A stretch of 64,000 bases of DNA from the human T2T-CHM13v2.0 reference genome, Homo sapiens, in contig CP068257.2 of assembly GCA_009914755.4 (NCBI GenBank), forward strand, positions 7,104,001 through 7,168,000. Direction: 5' to 3'. Both the position numbers and the translations under genes were made by a program. The notes under the pieces are model-generated. The model was not told the origin of the DNA. It saw nothing but the letters and a program-made list of their open reading frames with translations, and ran no database searches. Shown here piece after piece: positions 1-15,800 of the stretch (the first letter of the stretch is position 1; each line of letters starts with the position of its first letter).

Positions 1-3000
1 AGGAATGGCATGGTCTCGAGTGGAATGGAACGGAATGCAACTCAGTGGAATCGAATGGAATGGAATTGACTCAAATAGAATTGAATGGAATGGACCAGAA
101 TGGAATTAAATGTAATGGAATGGACACACATGAAATGGACTCGAATGGAATGGAATGGAATGAAAAGGAATGGAATGGAATGGAATGATTTCGAATGGAA
201 TGACATGGAATGATTTCGAATTGAATGACATGGAAAGGACTCGAATGGAATGGGTTGGGATTGGATGGTCTCGAATGAAATTGAATGGAATGAACTCAAA
301 TGGAATGGAATGGAATAGAATGGACAAGAATATAATGGAATGGAATTGGCTCGAATGGAATGGAATTGATTCGAGTGGAATGGAATGGACATGAAAGGAA
401 TAGAATGGAATGGACTCGAATGGAATGGAATGGACTCAAATGGAATGGAATGGAATGGACTCAAATGGAATAGAGTGGAATGGAATGGAATCGAATGCAA
501 TGGAATGGAATGGACTCAAACAGAATGGAATGGACTCCAGTGGAATGGAATGGAATGGTATGGTCTCAAATGGAATGGAATGGAATGGAACAGATTCAAA
601 TGGAATAGAATGGAATGGAATCAAATCTAATAGAGTGGAATGGAATGGACTCGAATGGAATGGAGAGTAATGGAATCGAACGGAAAGGAATGGAATTTAA
701 TGAATTCCAATGGAATGGAGTGGAATTGAATGGACTCAAAAGAAATGGATGGGAATGCAATGAAATGGACTGGACTGGAAAGGAATGGAATGGAATGGAC
801 TCGAATGGAATGGAAGGGACTCGAATGGAGTGGAGCCGAATGGATTCAAATGGAAGGTAATGGAAAGGAATGGAATGAACTCGAATGTAATGGAATGGAC
901 TTGAATGGAATGGAAGGGACTCAGAGTGTAGCCGAATGGATTTGAATGGAATGGAATGGAATGGAATGGAATGAACTCGAATGGAATGGAATGTAATGGA
1001 ATGAAATGGACTCGAATGGAATGGCATGGAATGGAGTCGATGGAAGGGAATGGAATGGAATGGCATAAAATGGAATGGAATGGACTCAAATGTAATGCAG
1101 TTGAATAGAATGTACCTGAAAGGAATGGAGTGGAATGGAATGCAATGAAATGGACTCGAACGGAATGGAATGGAATGGAATGGAATGGAATGGACTCAAA
1201 TGAAATGGAATGGACAGGAAACGAATGGAATGGAATAGAATCGACTCGAGTGGAATGGAAGGGAATGGACTCGAATGAAATGGAATGCAGTGGAATAGAC
1301 TGGAATGGAATGCAATGGAATGAAATAAACTCGAATGGAATGGAATGGACTCGAATAGAAGGGAATGGAATGGACCTGAATGGAATGGAATGGAATGGAA
1401 GGGAACAGAATGGAAAAGAATGGATTGGAATAGAATGGAATGGAATCAAGTGAACTCAAATGGAATGGAATGGAATGGACTCGAATGGAATAGAATGGAA
1501 TTTACTGGATTGGAATCTAACAGAATTGACTCTAAAGAAATGGAATGGAATGCACCCGAATGGAAGCGAATGGAATGGAATGGACTCGAATGGAATGGAA
1601 TGGAATGGAATGGAATGGAATGGAATGGAATGGAATGGAACTGAATGGAATGGAGTTGAATGCAATAGAATGGAATGGACTCGAATGAAATCGAATGGAA
1701 TGGAGTCAAATGGAATGGAATGGAATGGAATGGACTCAAAAGGAATGGAATGGAATGGAATCAAGTGGAATGGAATGGACTCGAATGCAATAGAATTGAA
1801 TGGAATTGAATCGAATGGAAATGAATGAAATGGACAGGAATGGAATGGAATGGAATGGAATGGAATGGAATGGAATGGAATGGAATGGAAAGGGATGGAC
1901 TGAAATGGAATGGAATGGAATGGACTGAAATGCAATGGAATGGACTTGAATGGAATAGAATGGAAAAGAATGGAATGGACTCGAATGATATGGAATACAA
2001 AGGACTCGAATGGAATGGAATGTACGCTAGTGGAGTGGAATGGGATAGAATGGCCTCAAATGGAATGGAGTGGAATGGATTCGAATGGATTGGAATGGAA
2101 TTCAATGGATTTGAGTCAAACGGAATGTAATGGTATGAAAATGGACTCGAATGGAATGGAATGGAATGGACTTGAATGGAATGGAATGGAATGGAATGGA
2201 AAGGAATAAAATGGAATGGAATAGAATGGAATGGAATAGAATGGAATGGACTTGAATGCAATGGAATGGATTCGAATGGAATAGAGAGGAATTTACTGGA
2301 TTGGAATCTAATGCTACGGACTCTAACGGAATGGAATGGAATAGACTCAAAAGGAATAGAAAGGAAGGGAATGGACTCGAATGGAATGGAATGAAATGGA
2401 CACGAAAGGTATGGAATGGAATGGGATGGAATGGAAGGGACTGGAATGGAAGGGAATGGAATGGAGTGGAATGGAACGGAATGGACTTAAATGGAATAGA
2501 ATAGAAAGGAAAGGAATGGACGCAAATGAAATGGAATGGAAAGGACTCAAATGCAATGGAATGGATTCGAATGGAATGGAATGGACTTGAATGTAATCGA
2601 ATGGAATGGACTCAAGTGGAATGGAATGGAGTGGACTCGAATGAAATGGAATACAGGGGAAGGAACTCGAATGGCATGCAATGGAATGGAATAGACTCGA
2701 ATGGAATGGGATGGAATGGAATCGAATGGAGTGGAATGGAATTGACACGAATGGAATGGAACGGAATGGGATGGAATGAAATGGAATGGAATGGAGAGGA
2801 ATGGAATGGAATGGAATGGAGAGGAATGGAATGGAATGGAATGGATTGGAATAGAATGGAAAGGAATGGAATGGAATAGAAAAGGAAGGTAATGGAATGG
2901 AATGGAATAGAATGGAATGGAATGGATTTTAATGGAATGAATTGGAATGGAATGGAGTCAAATGGAGTGGAATGGACTCGAATTGAATGGAATGGAATGG

Positions 3001-5214
3001 AATGCACTCGAGTGGAATAGAGTGGAATTGACTCGAATGGAATTCAATGGAATGAACTCCAATGGAATGGAATGGACTCGAATGGAATGGAAACGACTCG
3101 AGTGGAATGGAATGGATTGGAAAGGAATGGAAAGGAAATGACTGGAGTGGAATGGAATGGAATGGAATGGAAGGTACTCGAATGGAATGGAATGGAATTG
3201 ACTCGAATGGAATAGAAAGGAATGGACTCGAATAGAATAGAATGGAATGGAATGAACTCAAATGCAATGGAGTGGAATGGACTCGAATGGAATGGAAAGG
3301 AACTAAATGGACTGGAATCAATTGGAATGCAACAGACTCGAATGGAATGGAATGGAAAGGACATGAATGGAATGGAATGGAATGGAATGGAATGGAATGG
3401 AATGGAATGCTATGGGATGGTAAGATTTGGATTGGAATGGACTTGAATGGAATAGAAAGGGATGGAATGTAATGAATTTAAACAGAATGGAATGGAATCG
3501 ACTCCAATGGAATGGAAAGGCCACGAATTGAATGATATGGAATGGAACAGACTGGAATGCAATAGATTGGAATTTAGTGAAATGGACTCTGATGGAATGG
3601 ACTGGAATGGAATCGAATGTAATACAATGAAATGGAATGGAAAGGAATGTAATTTAATAGAATGAAATGGAATCAAACGGAATGGAATTTAAAGGACTTG
3701 AATGGAATGAAATGTACTCAAATGGAATGGGATGGAATGGAAACGACTTGAGTGGAATGAAATGGAATGCAATGGAATTGAATGAAATGGAATGGGATTG
3801 AATGGACTTGAATGGAATGGAATGGAATGGCATGGTCTCGAATGGAATGGAATGCAATTGAATGGACTCAAAAGGAATGAAATAGAATTGACTCGAATGG
3901 AATTGAATGGAATGGACCAGAATGGAATTAAGTGTGATGGTATGGACACGAATGAAATGGAAAGGAATGGTCTCAAATGGAATAGAATGGAATGGAATGG
4001 AATGGAATGATTTCAGATCAAAGGACATGGAATAGACTCGAACGGAATGGGTTCGGATTGGATGGTCTCGAATGTAATGTAATGGAATGGACTCAAATGG
4101 AATGGAATGGAATAGAATGGACTCGAATATAATAGAATGGAATTGGCTCGAATGGAATGGAATGGATTCGAGTGGAATGGAATGGTCACGAATGGAATAG
4201 AATGCAATGGATTCGAATGCAATGGAATGGAATTGAATGGACTCTAATGGAATGGAATGGACTTGAATGCAATGGAATGGAATGGATTCGAATGGAATGA
4301 AATGGACTCCAGTGGAATGGAATGGAATGGTATGGTCTCAAATGGAATGGAACGGATTCAAATGGAACAGAATGGAATGGACTCGAATCTAATGGAGTGG
4401 AATTGAATGGACTCAAATGGAATGGAGGCTAATGGAATTGAGTGGAATGGAAAGGAATTTAAAGGACTCAAATGGAACGGAATGGAATTGAATGGACCCA
4501 AAAGTTATGGATTGGAATGGACTCGAATGGAATGGAATGGAATGGACTCGAATGGAATGGAAGGGACTCTAATGAAATGGAATTGAAAGGAATCCACTCG
4601 AGTGAAAAGGAATAAAATGGAATGGAATGCACATGAATGGAATGGAATGGAGTTGACTCGAAAGGAATAGAAAGGAATGGACTCGAATGGAATGAAATAG
4701 AATGCAATGGACTCGAATGGAATAGAGTGGAATAGAACCGAATGGAAAAGAATAGAATAGAGTCGAATTGAATGAAGTGGAATGGAATGAACAAGAATGG
4801 AATTGAGTGGAATGGACTCGAAGAGAATGGAATCGAATTGAAAGGACAGGAATGGAATGGAATGCAATGGAATGGAATGGAATGGAAAGGAATGGAATGG
4901 AAAGGAATGGAATCGAATGGAATGGAACGTAATGGAATGAAATGGACTCGAATGGAATGGAATCCAATGGAATGGACAGGAATGAAATAGAATGGAAATG
5001 AAAAGAATGGAATGGAATGGACTCAATGGAAATCAACTGAATTGAATGGACTCGAAAGGAATGGAATGGAATGGAATGGAATGGAGTGGAATGATATGGA
5101 CTTGAATAGAATGGAATGGAATAAAATGGAATGGAATGGTGTCGAATGGGAGTGAATGGAAAGCAATGGAATGGACTCAAATGGAATGGAATGGAATTGA
5201 CACAATTGGAATAG

Positions 5215-5497
5215 AATGGAATGGAATAGACTCTAAAGGAATGGAATGGAATGGACACGAAACATATGGAATGGAATGGGATGGGATAAAATGGACTGGA
5301 ATGGAAGGGAATGGAATGGAGTGGAATGGAATGGAATGGAATTCAATGGAATAGAATGGAATGGAATAGACTCTAAAGGAATGGAATGGAATGGACACGA
5401 AACATATGGAATGGAATGGGATGGGATAAAATGGACTGGAATGGAAGGGAATGGAATGGAGTGGAATGGAATGGAATGGAATTCAATGGAATAGAAT
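5215..5497 (+). repeat. Local tandem duplication, 130-bp unit, about 2.1 copies
   Basis: Positions 5221-5350 and 5351-5480 are identical over long stretches, for example atagaatggaatggaatagactctaaaggaatggaatggaatggacacgaaacatatggaatggaatgggatgggataaaatggactgg at 5221 and 5351. Confidence 0.85.
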
Positions 5498-7239
5498 GGA
5501 ATGGAATGGAATGGATTCGAATGAAATGGAATGGAAAGGACTCGAATGCAATAGAATGGATTTGAATGTAATGTAATGGAATGGAATGGACTCAAAACGA
5601 ATGGAACGGAATGGACTCAAGTGGAATGGAATGGAATGGACTCGAATGGAATAGAATGGAATGGAATGGAATGTACTCGAATGGAATGGAATTGAATGGA
5701 CACGAATGGAATGGAATGAAGTGGAATGGAATGAACTGGAATGGAATGGAATGGAGTGGAATGAAAAGGAATGGACTTGAATTGAATAGAATGGAGTGGA
5801 ATGGAATGGACTCGAATGAAATGAAATGGAAAGGACCTCAATGCAATGGAATGGACTAGAATGGAATGTAATGGATTGGTATGGACTCGAATGGAATGGA
5901 ATAGAATGGACTAAAGAGGAATGAAATGAAATATATTCGAATGGAATATAATGGAAAGGAAAGGGCTCGTATGGAATGGAATGGACACGAATGGAATGGA
6001 ATGGAGAGGAATGGAATGGACTGGAATGGAATGGAATGGAACGGAAAGGAATGGAATGAAATGGAATGGGCTAGAATGGAAGAGAATGGAATGGAATGGA
6101 ATGAACTCGAATGAAATGGAGTGGAATGGACTCGAATGGAATGGAATGGATACGAGTGGAATGGAATGGAATCGAATGGAACGGAATGGAAAGGAATCAA
6201 ATGGAATTTAATGGAATGGAATGGAATGGAATGGAAAGGAATGGACTCGAATGGAATGCAGTGGAATGGATTCGAATGGAATGGAATGGAATGAAAGGGA
6301 ATCGAAGAAATGGAATGGAATGGAATGGACTCGAATGAAATGGAATGTAAAGGACTCGAATGCAAAGGAATGGAATCAAATGTAATGTAATGGAATGGAC
6401 TAGAATGGAATGGAACGGAATGGACTCAAGTGGAATGGAATGGAATGGACTCAAATGGAATAGAATGGAATGGAATGGAATGTACTCGAATGGAATGGAA
6501 TTGAATGGACATGAATGGAATGGAATGAAGTGGAATGGAATGGACTGGAGTGGAATGGAGTGGACTGGAATGGAATGGAATGGAGTGGAATGGAATGGAG
6601 TGGAATGGAAAGGAATGGAAATGAACGGAATAGAATGGAGTGGTATGGAATGGACTCGAAGGAAATGGAATGGAAAGGATTGAATACAATGGGATGGACT
6701 CGAATGGAATGTAATGGATTGGAATGGACTCGAATGGAATGGAATGGAATGGACTAAAGAGGAATGAAATGAAATATATTCGAATGGAATATAACGAAAA
6801 GGAAAGGGCTCATATGGAATGGAATGGACACGAATGGAATGGAATGGAATGGACTGGAATGGAATGGAATGGAGTAGAATGGAATGGAAAGGAATGGAAT
6901 GGAATGGGCTAGAATGGAATAGAATGGAATGGAATGGAATGCACTCGAAATAAATGGAATGGAATGGACTCGAATGGAATGGAATGGACATGAGTGGAAT
7001 GGAATGGAATCGAATGGAAAGGAATGGAAAGGAATCAAATGGAATTTAATGGAATGGAATGGAATGGAATGGACTCAAATGGAATGCACTGGAATGGATT
7101 CGAATGGAATGGATTGAAACTGAATGGACTCGAGTCGAACGGAATGTAATAGTAAGGAATGCACTCAAATGGAATGGAATTTAATGGAATGGAATGAAAG
7201 GGACTTGAAGAAATGGAATGGAATGGAATGGAATGGAAT

Positions 7240-9865
7240 GGAATAGAATGCAATGGAATGGACAAGAAAGGAGTGCAGTTGAATTGAATGGACCCAAAAG
7301 GAATGGAATGGAATGGAATGGAAGGCAGTGGACTCGAACAGAATGCAACGGAAATGACTAAAATGGAATGGAATGGACTCGAATGGAATGGAATGGAATG
7401 GAATGGACTCGAAAGGAATGGCATGGATTGCACCCGAATGGAATGGAATGTTATGGAAAGTAAAGGACTCGAATGGAATGGAATGGAATGGAATTCACCC
7501 AAATGGAGTGGAATGGAATGCAATGGACTCGAATTGAATGGAACGCAATGGACAAGAATGGAATGGAATGGAATGGAATAGAATGGACTGGAATGGAATA
7601 GCTTGGAATGGAATGGACTTGAATGCAATGGAATGTAATGGACTCGAAAGGAATGGAATGGACTCAAACGGAATGGAGTGGACTGGGCTCAAATGGAATG
7701 GAATGGAATGGAATGGTCTCGAGTGGAATGGAAAGTAACAGAAGGGAATGAATTCGAATGGAATAGAATGGATTCAAATGGAATAGAATGGATACGAATG
7801 GAATGGAATGGAATGGATTAAAATGAAATGGAATGGAATGGAATCGACTCGAATGAAATGGAATGCAGTGGAATGGACTGGAATGGCATGCAATGGAATG
7901 GAAGAAACTTGAATGGAATCAAATGAACTCGAATGGAAGGGAATGGAATGGTTGCGAATGGAATGGAATGGAACGGAATGGCATGGAATGTAATGGAATA
8001 GAATGGAATAGAATTGATTAGAAAGGATTGGAATAGAATGGAATGGAATGGAATAGACTGAAATGGAATGGAATGCAATGGACTCGAATTGAATAGAGTG
8101 GGATATACTGGATTGGAATTTAATGGAATTTGACACTAATGAAATGGAATGAAATGGACTCAAATGAAATCAAATGTAGTGGAATGGACTCGTATGGAAT
8201 GGAATGGACACGAATGAAATGGAATGGAATGGAGTTGAATGGAATGGAATGGAATGGAATGGAAGGGAATGGAGTTGAATGGAATAGAATGGAATGGACT
8301 CGAATGAAATGGAATGGAATGGCCTCGAATGGAATGGAATGGAATGGAATTGACACTAATGGAATTGAAGGGAATGGACCCGAATGGAATGGAATGGACT
8401 TCAATTGAATGCAGTGGAATTCATTGGGCTCAAATGGAATGGAATGGAATGGAATGGAATGGAATGGAATGGAATGGAAAAGAATGGAATGGAATAGAAT
8501 GGAATGGGATTGAATGGAATGGACATGAATGTAATGGAATGGACTCAAATGGAATAGCATGGAATGGAATGGAATGGACTCAAGTGGAATAGCATGGAAT
8601 GGAATGCACTTGAATACAATGGAGTGGAATGGACCCGAATGGAATAGAATGGCATTGAACGGATTCAAATGCAATGGAACGTAACGGAATAGAATGAACT
8701 CGAATGGAATGTAATGTAACGGAATGAAATGTGTTCAAACGCATTGTAATACAATGGAATAGAATGGAATGGAATGGAATGGAATAGAATGCAATGGAAT
8801 GGACAAGAAAGGAGTGCAGTTGAATAGAATGGACCCAAAAGGAATGGAATGGAATGGAATGGAAGGCAGTGGACTCGAACAGAATGCAACGGAAATGACT
8901 AAAATGGAATGGAATGGACTCGAATGGAATGGAATGGAATGGACTCAAAAGGAATGTCATGGATTGCACCCGAATGGAATGGAATGTTATGGAAAGTAAA
9001 GGACTCGAATGGAATGGAATGGAATGGAATTCACCCAAATGGAGTGGAATGGAATGCAATGGACTCGAATTGAATGGAACGCAATGGACAAGAATGGAAT
9101 GGAATGGAATGGAATGGAATAGAATGGACTGGAATGGAATAGCTTGGAATGGAATGGACTTCAATGCAATGGAATGTAATGGACTCGAAAGGAATGGAAT
9201 GGACTCAAACGGAATGGAGTGGACTGGGCTCAAATGGAATGGAATGGAATGGAATGGACTCGAGTGGAATGGAAAGTAACAGAAGGGAATGAATTCGAAT
9301 GGAATAGAATGGATTCAAATGGAATAGAATGGATACGAATGGAATGGAATGGAATGGATTAAAATGAAATGGAATGGAATGGAATCGACTCGAATGAAAT
9401 GGAATGCAGTGGAATGGACTGGAATGGCATGCAATGGAATGGAAGAAACTTGAATGGAATCAAATGAACTCGAATGGAAGGGAATGGAATGGTTGCGAAT
9501 GGAATGGAATGGAACGGAATGGCATGGAATGTAATGGAATAGAATGGAATAGAATTGATTAGAAAGGATTGGAATAGAATGGAATGGAATGGAATGGAAT
9601 AGACTGAAATGGAATGGAATGCAATGGACTCGAATTGAATAGAGTGGGATATACTGGATTGGAATTTAATGGAATTTGACACCAATGAAATGGAATGAAA
9701 TGGACTCAAATGAAATCAAATGTAGTGGAATGGACTCGTATGGAATGGAATGGACACGAATGAAATGGAATGGAATGGAGTGGAATGGAATGGAATGGAA
9801 TGGAATGGAAGGGAATGGAGTTGAATGGAATAGAATGGAATGGACTCGAATGAAATGGAATGGAA
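7240..9865 (+). repeat. Higher-order repeat of about 1.54 kb. Copy 1 spans about 7,240-8,785 and a partial copy 2 spans about 8,786-9,865.
   Basis: Near-identical long matches lie at offset 1541-1546 bp. The sequence gacaagaaaggagtgcagttgaat(t/a)gaatggacccaaaaggaatgg occurs at 7261 and 8802. The sequence tgacac(t/c)aatgaaatggaatgaaatggactcaaatgaaatcaaatgtagtggaatggactcgtatgg occurs at 8131 and 9677. The ORF-track peptides at 7288-7581 and 8914-9279 are identical, and so are those at 7818-8078 and 9359-9709. Similarity is lost at about 9,865. Confidence 0.8.
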
Positions 9866-12800
9866 TGGAGTTGAATGGAATGCAATGGACTCAAATGGAT
9901 TGGAATGGCATGGACACGAATGGAATGAATTGGAATGGCATGGACAACAATGGAATGGAATGGACTTGAATGGAATGGACTAGAATGGAATAGAATGGAA
10001 TGGAATGGAGTTGAATGGAAGAGAATCGAAGGGAATGGAATGGACTTGAATGGAAGAGAAGCGAAGGGAATGTAATAGACTCGAATGAAATGGAATTGAA
10101 TGGACTCGAATGGAATGGGAAGGATTCGAATGGAATAGAATGGACTCGAATGGAATGGAATGGAATGGACTGTAATGGAATCGAATGGAATTCAGTGGAA
10201 TGGAAGTTAATGGAACGGAATGAAATGGAATGGACTTGAATCAAATAGTATGGAAACGAATGGAATGGACTCCAATGAAATGGAATGGAATGGACTCTAA
10301 TGGAATGGAATTGACTCGACTGGAATGGAATGAAATGGAATGGACTCAAATAAAATGGAGAGGAATGGATTCGAAAGGAATGGAAAGGAATTGACTACAA
10401 TGGAATGGAAAGGAATGGACTCAAATGGATTTGAATATAATGGAATGGAATAGAGTGGAATGGAATCGAATGGAATTCGAATGGAATTGAATGGACTCGA
10501 ATCAAATGGAATGTAATGGACTGGAATGGACTCGAAAGGAATGGAGTTGAAAGGAGTCTAATGGAATGGAATGGACTCGAATGGAATAGAATGGAATGGA
10601 ATGGAACTAAAAGGAAGGGAATTGAATGGACATGAAATGTATGGAATGCAATGGAACGGACTGGAATGGAATGGAAAGGAATGGATTGAAATGGAATGGA
10701 ATTGACGTTAATGGAATAGAATGGAATGGAATGGAATGTACTCGAATGGAATGGAATTGAATGGACATGAATGGAAAGGAATGAAGTGGAATGGAATGGA
10801 ATGGGATGGAATAGGATGGAATGGGATGGAATGGAATGGAATGAAATGGACTGGAATGGAATGGAATGGAATGGAGTGGAAAGGAAAGGAATGGACTTGA
10901 ATGGAATAGAATGGAGTGGAATGGAATGGACTCGAATGAAATTGAATGCAAAGGACTTGAAAGCAATGGAATGGACTTGAATGAAATGTAATGGATTGGA
11001 ATGGGCTCGAATTGAATGGAATGGAATGGACTCAAGAGGAATGGAATGGAATAGAGTCGAATGTAATATAATGGAATGGAATGAGCTCGAATGGAATGGA
11101 ATGGAGTGGAATGGAATGGACTAGAATAGAATGGAATGGAATGGAATGGACTTGAATGGAGTAGAAAGGAATAGAAGGGAATGGATTCGAATGAAATGGA
11201 ATGGAATGGATTCGAATGGAATGGACACGAGTGTAATGGATTGGAATGGACTCAAGTGGAATGGAATTGAATCGAATGGAATGGAGTGGAATGGATTCGA
11301 ATGGAATGGAATGGAATTGAATGGACTCGAGTTGAATGGAATGTAATGGTAAGGAATGGGCTCGAATGGAATGGAATGGAATGGAATCAAAGGGACTCGA
11401 ATGAAATGGAATGGAATGGAATGAACTCGAATTAAATGTGATGGAATGTAATGGAATGGAATGGACACAAATGGTATGCAGTGGAATTGAATTGACTCGA
11501 AAGGAATGGAATGGAATGGAATGGACTCGAAAGGAAAAGAATGGAATGGAATGGAGTGGAATGGAATGGAATTGAGTGGAATGGAATAGAATGGAATGGA
11601 ATGGACTCCAATGGAATGGAATGGTCTCGAAGGTAATTGAATGGAATGAAAGCGACTCAAATGGAATTGAATGGAATGGAATGGACTCTAATGGGATAGA
11701 ATGGAATTGAATGGATTCTAATGGAATCGAATGCGCTGGAATGGATTGCAGTTGAATTGAATGGATCTGAAAAGAATGGAATGGAATGGTCTGCAATAGA
11801 ATGGAATGGAGTGGAATGGAATGGAATGGAACAGAATGGACTTGAATGGGATGCAAAGGAATGGACAGGAGTCTAATGGAATGGAATGGAATGGACCCAA
11901 ATGGAATGGAATGGAATAGAATGAAATGGAATGGAATGGACTTGAATGGAATGTAATGGACACGAATGGAATGGAATGGAAGGGGATGGAATGGAATGGA
12001 ATGGAATGGAAAGGAATGGACCAGAATGGAATGCAATGGAATGGACTGGAATGGAATGGAATGGTATGGAAAGGAATGGACTTGAATGGAATGGATTGGA
12101 ATGGACTCGAAAATAATGGAATGGAATAGATTCGAACGGAATGGAATGGACACAAATGGAACGGAATGTAATGGAATGCACTCGAATGGAATACAATGGA
12201 ATTAAATTGAATATGCTCTAATGGAATGGAATGGAATGGAATGGACTAGAATGGAATGGAAAGAAATAGAGTCGAATGGATTGGAATGCAATGGAATATA
12301 CTCAAATGGAATTTAATGGAATGGACTAGAATGAAATTGAATGGACTGGAATGGAATGCAGTTAAATTGAATGGACACGAAAGCAATGGAATGGATTGGA
12401 ATGGAATGGAATGGAATGAAATGGAATGAAATGGACTCAAAAGGAATGCAATGGGATGGAATAGACTCGAATGGAATGGAGTGGAATAGAATGGAAAGGA
12501 CTCGAATGGAATGGAATGGACACGAATGGAATGGAATGGAATCGACTCAAACTGAATGGAATGGACTCGAATGGAATGGAATAGAATGGAATTGAGTCTA
12601 AAGGAATTGAATGGAATGTACCCGAATGGAATGGAATGAAATGGATTGTTCTCGAAAGGAATGGAATGGAAGGAATGGAATGGAATGGAATGGAAGGAAT
12701 GCAATGGAATGGAACGGAATGGAATCGAATAGAATGGAGCCGAAGGGACTCGAATATAATGGAATGGAATTGAATGGACTGGAATGGAATGGAATGTAAA

Positions 12801-15800
12801 GAAATGGAATGAACTCGAATGGAATGGAATGTAATGGAATGAAATGTACTCGAACGGAATGGAATGGAATGCAATGGACTCGAGTGGAATGGTATGGAGT
12901 GGCATGGAATGGCATGGAATAGAATGGAAATGACTGAAATGGAATGCAGTTGAATTGAATTGACCTGAAAGGAATGGAATGGAATGGAATGGAATGCAGT
13001 GGAATGGAAAAGAAAGGAATGAAATGCACTCGAATGGAATGGAACGGTACAGAATGGACTCAAATGAAATGGAATGGACCCAAACGAAATGTAATGGAAT
13101 GTAATTGACTCCAGTGCAATGGAATGGAATGGACTCGAATGAAATGGCATGCAGTGGAATGGACTGGAATCGCATGCAATGGAAAGGAATAGACTCAAAT
13201 GGAATGGAAGGGAATGGAATGGACTCTAATGTAATGGAATGGACACGAATGGAATGGAAAGGAATGGAATAGAGTTTAACAGAATGGAATGACATGGATT
13301 GGAATATAATGGAATGGAATGGAATGGACTCAAATGGAATGTAATGGAATGGACTCGAATGGAATAGAAAGGAATTTACTGTATTGGAGTCTAATGGAAT
13401 GGACTCAAATGTAATGCAAAGGAATGGAATCGAATGGAATCAAATGGAATCGAATGGATTCAAAGGGAATGAAATGGAATGGAAAGGAATGGAATGAAAT
13501 GGAATGGAATTGTGCTGAATGGAATAGAATGGAATGGAATGGACTCGAATGAAATGGAATGGAATGGAGTCGAATAGAATGGAATGGACTCGAATGGAAT
13601 GGAATGGACTCAAGTGGAATGGAAATAAATAGCTTCGAGTGCAATAGAAGGTAATGGAATGGACTCGAAAGGAATTTAATGGAATGGAGTCGAATGGAAT
13701 GGAATGGAATGGAACGGAATATACTTGTATGGAATAGAAATGAAAGGAATGGAATGGACTCGAATGAAATTGAATAGAATGGAAAGGAATGTAATGGACA
13801 CGAATAGAATGGAATGGAAACAACTAGAGTGAAATGGAATGGTATGGAATTGAATGCACTCAAATGGAACGGAATGGAATTGACACTAATGGAATAGAAA
13901 GGAATGGACTCCAATGGAATGCAATGGAGTGGAATGGACTCTAATGGAACGGAGTGGAATGGATATGAACGTAATGGAATGGATTGGAATGGAATGGAAT
14001 GGAATGGACTTGAATGGAATAGAATGGAAAGGAATGGAATGGACTAGAATGAAATGGAAAATAATGGACTCGAATGGAATGGAATAGACTCCAATGGATT
14101 GGAATGGAATGGACTCAAAAGGAATGGAATGGAATGGAATGGACTCAAGTGGAATGGAATGGAATGGACTCGAATGTAATAGAATGGAATGGAATAGAAT
14201 GGAATGGAATGGACTCGAATGGAATGCAATGGACATGAATGGAAAGTAATGGAATGGAATAGAATGGACTGTAATGGAATCGAATGCAATGCAATGGAAT
14301 GGAATGGAATGGAAAGGAATGGACTTGAATGGAATAGATTGGAAACGAATGGAATAGACACGAATGAATTGGAATGGAACAGAATCTAATGGAATGGAAT
14401 TGACTTGACTGGAATGGAATGAAATGGAATGGACTCAAGTGGAATGGAGTGGAATGCAAACGAAAGGAATGGAATAGAATTGACTAGAATGGAATAGAAA
14501 GGAATGGACTCGAATGGATTGGAATATAATGGAATGGATTCAAATGGAATTAAGTTAAATGGAATCGAAAGGAATTCGAATGGAATTGAATGGACATGAA
14601 TGGAATGGAATGGAATGGAATGGACTCGAAAGGAATGGAGTGGAAATGACATGAATGGAATGGAATGGACTCGAATGGAATGGAATGGACTTAAGTGGAA
14701 TAGAATGGAATGGACTCAAATTGAATGGAATGGACTCGAATGGAACAGAATGGAATGGAATGGAATGTACACGAATGGAATGAAATTGAATGGACAAGAA
14801 TGGAATGGAATGGAATGGAATGGAAAGGAATGGCACGGAATGGAATGGAATTGACTGGAATGGATAGCAATGGACTTAAATGGAATACAATGGAGTGGAA
14901 GGGAATGGACTCGAATGAAATGGAATGGAAAGGACTTGAAAGCAATGGAATGGACTCGAATGGAATGTAATGGATTGGATTGGAATGGACTTGAATGGAA
15001 TGGAATGGAATGAACTCAACAGGATTGGAATGGAGTAGACTCAAATGGAATATAATGGAAAGGATTGGGCTCGAGTGGAATGGAATGGACATGAATGGAA
15101 TGGAATAGGGTGAAATGTAATGGATTATAAAGGAATGGAATGGACTTGAATGGAATAGAATGGAATGGAAAGGAATGGACTCAAATGAAATGGAATGGAA
15201 TGGACTTGAATGGAATGGAATGGACACGAGTGGAATGGAATGGAATGGACTCGAAAGAATGGAATGGAATTCAATTGAATAGAATGGAAAAGAACAGGAA
15301 GGAATGGAATGGAATGGAATGGACTCGAACGGAATGGAGTGGAATGGATTCGAATGGAATGGAATGGACTCGTATTTAATGGAATGGAATGCAATGACAG
15401 GGACTCAAATGAAATGGAATGGAATGAAATGTACTCGAATTTAATGCAATGGATTGTAATGGAATGGAATGGAATCAAATGGTATGGAATGGAATTGACT
15501 GGAATCGAAAGGAATTGAACAATATAGAATGGACTCAAAAGGAATGGAATGGAATTGAATGGAATGGAATGGAATGGAATGGACTCGAATGGAAGGGAAT
15601 GGAATGGACTCCAAAGGAATGAAATAGTCTTGAAGGGAATAGAATGGAATGAAAACGACTAGAGTGGAATGGAATGGAATGCAATGGACTCTAATGGGAT
15701 AGAATGGGATTGAATGGACTCTAATGGAATGCAATAGTATGGAATAGAACGGAATGGACTGGAATGGAATGGAATGCAGTTGAATTGAAAGGATCCGAAA

